Below, piece by piece: positions 57,370-64,000 of a stretch of 64,000 bases of DNA. The translations under genes and the position numbers were made by a program. The notes beneath the pieces were generated by a model. It was not told the origin of the DNA. It ran no database searches and was given only the letters and a program-made list of their open reading frames with translations. The number at the start of each line of letters is the position of its first letter. Position 1 is the stretch's first letter. Source of the DNA: Botryllus schlosseri (taxonomy: Eukaryota); NCBI GenBank assembly GCA_051294905.1, contig CM119373.1, positions 18,600,001 through 18,664,000 on the forward strand. The letters are read 5' to 3'.

Positions 57370-59991
57370 CAGAGATGAGCATGGATTAGGATTAGGTTTT
57401 GAAAAAACAGGATTTGTGAAATTTTGTCGGATTGGGATTGGATTAGGATTAGAGATTTTTTCTGAACGGATTAGGATTTGGATTGGATTTACCGATTTTC
57501 TGGGAGATGAATATGTGGTGTGGCGAATGGCGACAAACTTTATTCAGATCAGTTATTGATGTACTTATAGTACACTACACTATGGTTCATTTGGTGCAAA
57601 TGAACATGAGAGGTACAGCTCCATGCTAAGTTATCTTAAATCAAGAGAATCGTTGGTTGTGAAAGTAAATTTTCCGAACCCTCCCTTGCATAAATTAGCA
57701 TTTAATCTGAATTTCAAGTTGGAATCGGATTTAGATTGGACATGGACTTTAATATGAAAAAGTTATGGATTAGGTTTTGGATTTGGATTTGAAGTTTCGG
57801 ATTTGGATTGGATTAGGACAGTGTTTCTCAACCCCGAGTCCGCGGACTCATTTGAGTCCGCGGAAGGTCCTTGGTGAGTCCGCGAACACAGGAATTTTCA
57901 GTAACTTAATCGGCTCGGCCCACTTTTTCTTCCACTTCCGATATGATTTCGGAACATGTAATTGACAGACCTACGGGGCTCGTTCACTTTCGGACCAAAG
58001 TCATTGCAGCCTTACGGAGAAAATAGCTTTTTGGTCCGAAAGTGAATGAGCCCCGTCCTGATCCGGTTTCGTCAAATTCCGATTTGAGAATTAGGCCGAG
58101 TGATTGGCAAAATACCTATTTTGAAACGTTAGTAACCTTAATAGCTGTCATAAAAAATGCTTAGATACCTCAAATATGTGACTGGCGGCACTCAACTTCA
58201 ATAGTGCTCTCAGAACTACATTCATTGCAGTAGAATTTATTACCTTGGTGACTATTCGGGTTTCCCTTATCAAGAATTAACGGCACCATAAAAAGGATAA
58301 AGAGTTTGTATACAATCTTTCAATATTCCATTAATATATTCCGCTGATTGTCTGTGTAACGTCTTCTGAGTATTGTATAATTTGATTCTCTATTATCCCT
58401 TTATTATGACTACCGGAGTACCGGTACAGCTGACTTCGGCCAGCTACCGTTCCTTTTTATCATTGCATTGTTACGTCATATTTTGCCAATTTGGATTTTG
58501 TTTGAATCTCTTTCTATATGCTTCTTATTGTGCCGTTACCTCTTGTTGATAAGGGACATACGAAATTCCTGCAAGTTAATAAATTATACTGCAGTGAATG
58601 TAGTTTTGAAAGCAATATTAGAGATACCTCAATAAGCGATGTTTGGCCACGTATATTTCAAACGCAAGAACAACGAAACAGCACCACTACAAATTTATCA
58701 GCATTCCAAGCATTATTGGTTCTCCTGAGATTTTCTGTCTTGGGCAAACCAGTTGGTTGCAAGTATCACAGGCAAAACGGGTATGCTTTGCACATCTGTC
58801 GCATCATCCTGGTTTGATACCAATCACGCCAGGTATAAAACCCCTATTATCGCCAACTGGAATTTTTCAAAATGCCCTACATTTATGTTCGAGGTAGCCT
58901 ATTGCTAAAATTGTCATAAGCAATTCTATCACGGTCATAAACTCTACAATTTTGGTCGGATTGACTTGAATTTAGTACGAGTGGACTCGGAATTTAATGC
59001 TGCGTGTTCACTATTAACAATTCACTTACAGAATATGCCAGGTATAAACCCCTGGGACAGCTCTTTATACACACGTATTCGGGACCGTAACTGCCGTACA
59101 CCAAACCCCCATAATTGAGGGGGGGACCTCAAAGGGGGGCCAAAACTATTCGTGAATTAACATAAATTATAGAGTTTTTTTTGGAAAATTTATGCAACTT
59201 TTTAGAAAAATTATATCATTATATCATATTCCGAAACGTCTCACTCAGCTCGACCGATAAATCTGAATGCATGAGCAGAGAGAGCATAAAAAATTTACAG
59301 CTATATATATATAGATGCAATCCCCGATCACGTTGACCAATTCAATCATGAATTATGGAATATTTTCGCGCCTCGCGCGGTTTATTCGAAACAGAACGAC
59401 TGAATGAACGGTACAGAAATTTCACTGAGAAGTAGCGGTAAAAAGGTATCGGAAGGGGGAGTCTGGGGGTAAAGCCCACCAGAAGTCAGGTTTATGGCCT
59501 GTGTGGACCAAGACCAACGTTTTGTTATTGAGGGGGGCTGACGAAGTGCTGTTACGGTCCTGCACGTAGGCACATTGCACAGGTTTCCGGCGCGATATAC
59601 GCTGAGTGCTGGTAATTATTTAGGCGACTTGTTCACTTACAGACTATTTGGAAAATTACAAATCGTAGGGACATGTGCTAATCACAGAAACAATCTATAG
59701 TTGTCTAATATAAGTGGTACTCGAGATATGGACTGCATTACTGAATAGTTGCTTGAATTGCAAAGCCGACAGATGTGGAAAGACAGATTTAAGAAAGCTT
59801 CTTTGACTCAATTTTAGCTCATTTTTTGTTGATACCGTATTACACTCTCTTGGATAGAAAAAAATAAATTTTTCAGTAATATATAGCTTGAGTCCGCGGG
59901 TATACTGGCGAGCTTGAGATGAGTCCGCGGGTAAAAAAAGGTTGAGAACCACTGGATTAGGACATAGAAATTTCAAATCCGCACATCTCTG
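57370..59991. mobile_element. hAT-type element with GGATT-rich interior, hosting 57819-59954 and 59080-59562
   Basis: TIR CAGAGATG/CATCTCTG with TSD GTTGTTAG; inner TIR CAGTGTTTCTCAAC/GTTGAGAACCACTG with TSD GATTAGGA. Confidence 0.88.
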
Positions 59992-62772
59992 GTTGTTAGC
60001 CGATCTTATGAACGAAATACGTCGAACACGCCAAGGTGGTTTAGATACCGCGTTCAACGGAAGATGTTCAGTCAGGATATTTATGTCAAAATCGGGCCTC
60101 CTGCATTATATTTCTTTAGGACATGGGCCGTGTACGACATATTTGCTTCACAACATCGGCTGACAACGTGACAACTATATAAAGTTCGATCTCTGCGTGA
60201 CTGCTGGAGAGTGAAGTTGCTATGGAAATTTCAACAAATTGCAGCTCCATTACGGTGGCGTTCGAAGAAAACAGTTGCGACCAATTTTTTTCAAAGTTTC
60301 GCTCTTCAATTTGAGACCACATCATTTTTAGAGTGCAGTGCTTCTTTAAATGTCGCATGCATGATCCAGTGATGTGCGGTCAAGGGAACAAAATGAGGCA
60401 GTGCCTCGCCTGTCGTCAGGATGAGTAAAGGAAAATTGTATATAGCTTCAATGATTTATTGGTATTTTCTATCGATGTTCATGAATGACTAATTTTCAAC
60501 AAATTGCGAAAAACCGCGCAATTTGCGTATTAATTGTTCGAAAAGATAGCGCGAAAAGAGAGATGAGGCACATATATGAGGTAGCAGTGTTGGGATGACC
60601 CGAGTCAGACTCGAGTCAACTTTTTCTTATGACTTGACTTGACTCGAGTCACTTCGGAAAAATGAATTGACTTGACTTGACTCGAATCTTCAAAAATGTG
60701 CATTGACTCGTGACTCGGTGCAAAATTTACGAGTCAATTTCAAGTCATCAAGTAAATGGTGTCGATTAAATCACTGTATCTTGTGTATGTTCGGATTGTT
60801 CGGGATACGCCGGTGTCACTTGTGAGAGCAACCAGTCATTCACTATCTCTCATTGTTAGACCGCAAATTAAACTATCACAGCTTACGTTGTCGAAGTAGT
60901 AGAGTAGAAGATTGATCTAAATAGCAATGTGTCTCTGTTTCTTAGACGGCTCAATGCTTACTTTGCGCAGTGCTCACATTTACCAACCCTCTTGTATGAT
61001 TTAAATCGAATAAATATAGTTTGTGCGTTTATATTCTCACGAATGTGCACTGTGCAGATGGGTAGTGTAAGCTATATTGTACCACATCAATTTGTTTCAA
61101 CTTCTCGAAACTTCGTATTAGGCCCTATATTGTGGCTGATAATAAGTGACTGTAGGATGTAGCTGTACACGTACAGTGTACAGTTACTCACGTATTTTAT
61201 TAGCAGTTCAACGTGTGCGTGAGGGATACAACATCTTTTTGCGTGTATATTTACCTGGATATTGGTTATTTGATACAAGATAAACGATCAATAAATCAGT
61301 CTTTCACACAGCTAGAAAAATGTAATGACTTTGAATCATCACTCATACTTCGAAAATTCAATTTGACTTGAATGGTGACTTGACTCGTGACTTGACTGGA
61401 CTTGACTCGAGTCACCTCCAAAAAACGAGTAACTTGACTTGACTCTAGTCACCTTTGAAAATCGATAGACTTGACTTGACTCGAGTCAGCTCAGAATTTG
61501 TAACTTCTGGTATTAATCGAATGCTATTGCCGCACTGATTCCAAAAATACAATTATCAATAATGTCAGAGCACCGGAACCCACTCAAAATCAACAATAAA
61601 TTTTGAATAAGACATTGTTACCTACAATGAAGACGCGGAGAAACAATAACCAGGTGAGGCACAGATGAATATTCAACGCAGTCAAACATTGCGTTATCGA
61701 CTTTGCCAACACACTGTGTAGTACGAATCGTAGTGGTGCTGTGACGACCAACAATATATCCATCCTCTTACTCGTGTATAGCTGTTATATTTTTTCCATC
61801 CATTCATACCTTCAGCTGCTTACGTGGTGTGCGTGTGAACAGTTCGATTGTGATCATAAAAAAATCGCTATAGCTTAATTAGCTAAACTTTTGGGTTCAT
61901 TTATTTGTAAATCTAAACTCTGAGTGGGTCACTGCCTCACCAATCATGACTTCACCGTCCGTCCCTGCCATGATCGCATGTCCAGGGACCAGTAGAATGG
62001 GGATTGTTTTTCCGGGTATCTCAGACAAAACTCGGTGGATAGTTCGAAGCATTTTCGGATATTGCCTCATGCAAGCCAAAGTCGTGAGTCGTGACCCCGC
62101 ACGTACCGTTTTGCGATTACGGCAGCGAGATCCACATAATTTGTCGGTTTGAACACAACGATCCATCTCTACCATCACTTCGTTCTCGTGAAAGAAACCG
62201 AAGAGCACTCCACATCTCAAACGTTACATCCTTGAATCCGGTGAGTATCTCGTTTTGTCAGTGCATGGTTTCGCAAAAGGATTTCGAATTGTTTCTTCCA
62301 GCCTCCTCCCGACAGCGCACAACATCTTGCCTAATGCAATGGGTGGCATGCTGGAGAATCTTCCGCCTGTGCAATGTTCATGTGTGATATACTACAAATC
62401 TGCCAGATTGTGAAAACTACCAGCAAATACGTCTGAATACTACCGTTCAAACTTGTAATTTATATTATATTTTAGGAATACACACCGATAACACTGCTAT
62501 TTAATTTTATGCGCCGTTGAATCAATGTTTTTCAAGCAAGTTCGTCAGTATTTGCGCTATGCTAATTCAATCATACATCATAAAACCATGCCTCGTGTTG
62601 CAATTGTGACCATTTTGTAGGCATGATCGTAACTAGAATGAACATTTAAGAGGAGCAGTTGAAAATTTAGGGGATTTAGGGATTTATCGTTTTGAAGTGA
62701 GCCTTCGCACTTCCTGATATCATATTTGGGTATCTCGCCCAGACCTCGCTTTCTACTGCAGTTCATTTGATT

Positions 62773-62776
<4 letters not shown>

Positions 62777-62810
<34 letters not shown>

Positions 62811-63430
62811 TTTATTTTCATCCAACCAAAATACATAGCACACGGCAGTGATGGTGGTACAGAAAATATGCATGCACAGTATTCGGTATTAGATGCGAAG
62901 GATCGATAAGACCGTGAAGGTCATCAAGTCTGATCACACCAGCATCAAACAGGTACACTTGACTCTAAACAGTCTGGCTGTGAAAAATGTTAGTTAAAAA
63001 AGCAAAATAGAAGAAAAATTAAACGATCGTAGCAAATCATCAATGAAGCAACGTCTGGGCGAGGTAGGGCAACAGTGTTAGTATAACGACAAGAGGTGAT
63101 CAAGTAGGGCTTTTTTGAATCTATTATAAGGCAATTCACGGATATGTGGTGGTAATGCATTCCAGATGATAGGTCCCGAGTAGTCGATAGATATCTTAGT
63201 TAGGTTGCTATTGGGTGGGGGTAAGTAGATATTTCCTTTAGACGAGGATCTCGTGTAATGGGAGTGGGCATTTTTAGCAGGCATGAAAAAGCCATCAAAC
63301 ACAGGAGGCAAGCTATTGGAAAAATATTTGTGAATAACTTTTAATACTTCGAAGCGATGTAGTTCGTCAACTTCCAAAATTCGATGCTTACAGTAGTAAG
63401 GCGATAATTTGGCATGTAAATGTACAAACA
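62777..63430 (-). mobile_element. 5'-truncated non-LTR retrotransposon (CR1/L2/Crack-Daphne group): ORF2 C-terminus, 3' UTR, AATAAA and (TC)n tail
   Basis: ORF 63449-63078: 'HSHYTRSS..IYLP..SIDYSGPIIWNALPPHIR..FKKALLDHLL'; tail is plus-strand (AG)16 at 62777-62808. Confidence 0.85.
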
Positions 63431-64000
63431 CAAACACTACTTCCACCACTAGTCACATTGAAATAAAAAATCTAGAGACACCAAATCGCGAGGAAACTTT
63501 TCTATAAGTTGAATAAATTTGCCAAAAATATTATACTTTATTGGAGGGGTTTGGACTTTGGCGGTTACGGCCCTGATACTAATGGGTGAGTCGAGAGCGG
63601 GTTGCGACAGTGACACATCCCTAATTGCTGGATTTCCGTGATTGGAGGCCAACAACGTTCTTTCAGCTGCTGATTGTGACCAGTTGTTCAATTTAAAAAG
63701 CAGATTCATGTCTCCTGTATACGAAGGGCACACCCATACTGCCAACGATCTTCCTAATATTCGTTGAGTTATATTTTTCCTAACGTAACGATTCGCATTC
63801 GCAGTTGTATACAAAGCGCAGTGGTATTCACAGTATACGATTATGATTATTCTGAAGTTATTCGCAAATGTTCTGTGGTCACATTTCCTTAATTTGTAAT
63901 TAAGTTCACATACCCCTTTCGGCCATGCGTATAGCAGTAAAACGAATCAGTAACGAAGTTTTACCGTTCCAATATACCCGAATCCATACCCACTGCGTTT

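Noticed and set aside
61897-62387. Overlapping ORFs near 62 kb, including MIACPGT..IFGYCL as a possible FG-GAP exon
   Set aside because: Only vague similarity, no good acceptor and no recognisable family on either strand
63510-63640. Hydrophobic stretch PKILYFIGGVWTLAVTALILMG with a gtgagt donor
   Set aside because: No start codon or in-phase acceptor, and it lacks the integrin GFFKR context

Overview
Eukaryotic, intron-rich, transposon-dense animal DNA. It is most likely an ascidian (tunicate); this is an inference from an alpha-I-domain integrin, many 57-88 nt introns and no vertebrate-type repeats. Three spliced genes can be rebuilt by hand from GT-AG sites with consistent phases. (1) Plus strand, 20-26738, 5' end outside the window: C-type lectin, five WxxW (Mucin2_WxxW/CILP-type) repeats, a 5-Cys EGF and a ZP module, about 910 aa in the window. 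(2) Minus strand, 36320-33400: a complete 6-exon, 227-aa secreted fibrinogen-related protein with an atypical N-terminus. (3) Plus strand, 39399 to at least 56469: the first 10 exons (410 aa) of an integrin alpha chain with an I domain and intact MIDAS. Introns and intergenic DNA are full of non-autonomous DNA transposons (13 hAT-type elements with perfect 8-bp TSDs, nested up to four deep; Kolobok-like, TA-flanked and Chapaev3-like elements), tRNA-derived SINEs, a 5'-truncated LINE and microsatellites. A short repeat family carries a Penelope-type minimal hammerhead ribozyme, intact at 601-634 on the minus strand. No rRNA, true tRNA or CRISPR array was found. Exon coordinates and residue counts are hand-derived, and repeat boundaries without TSDs are approximate.
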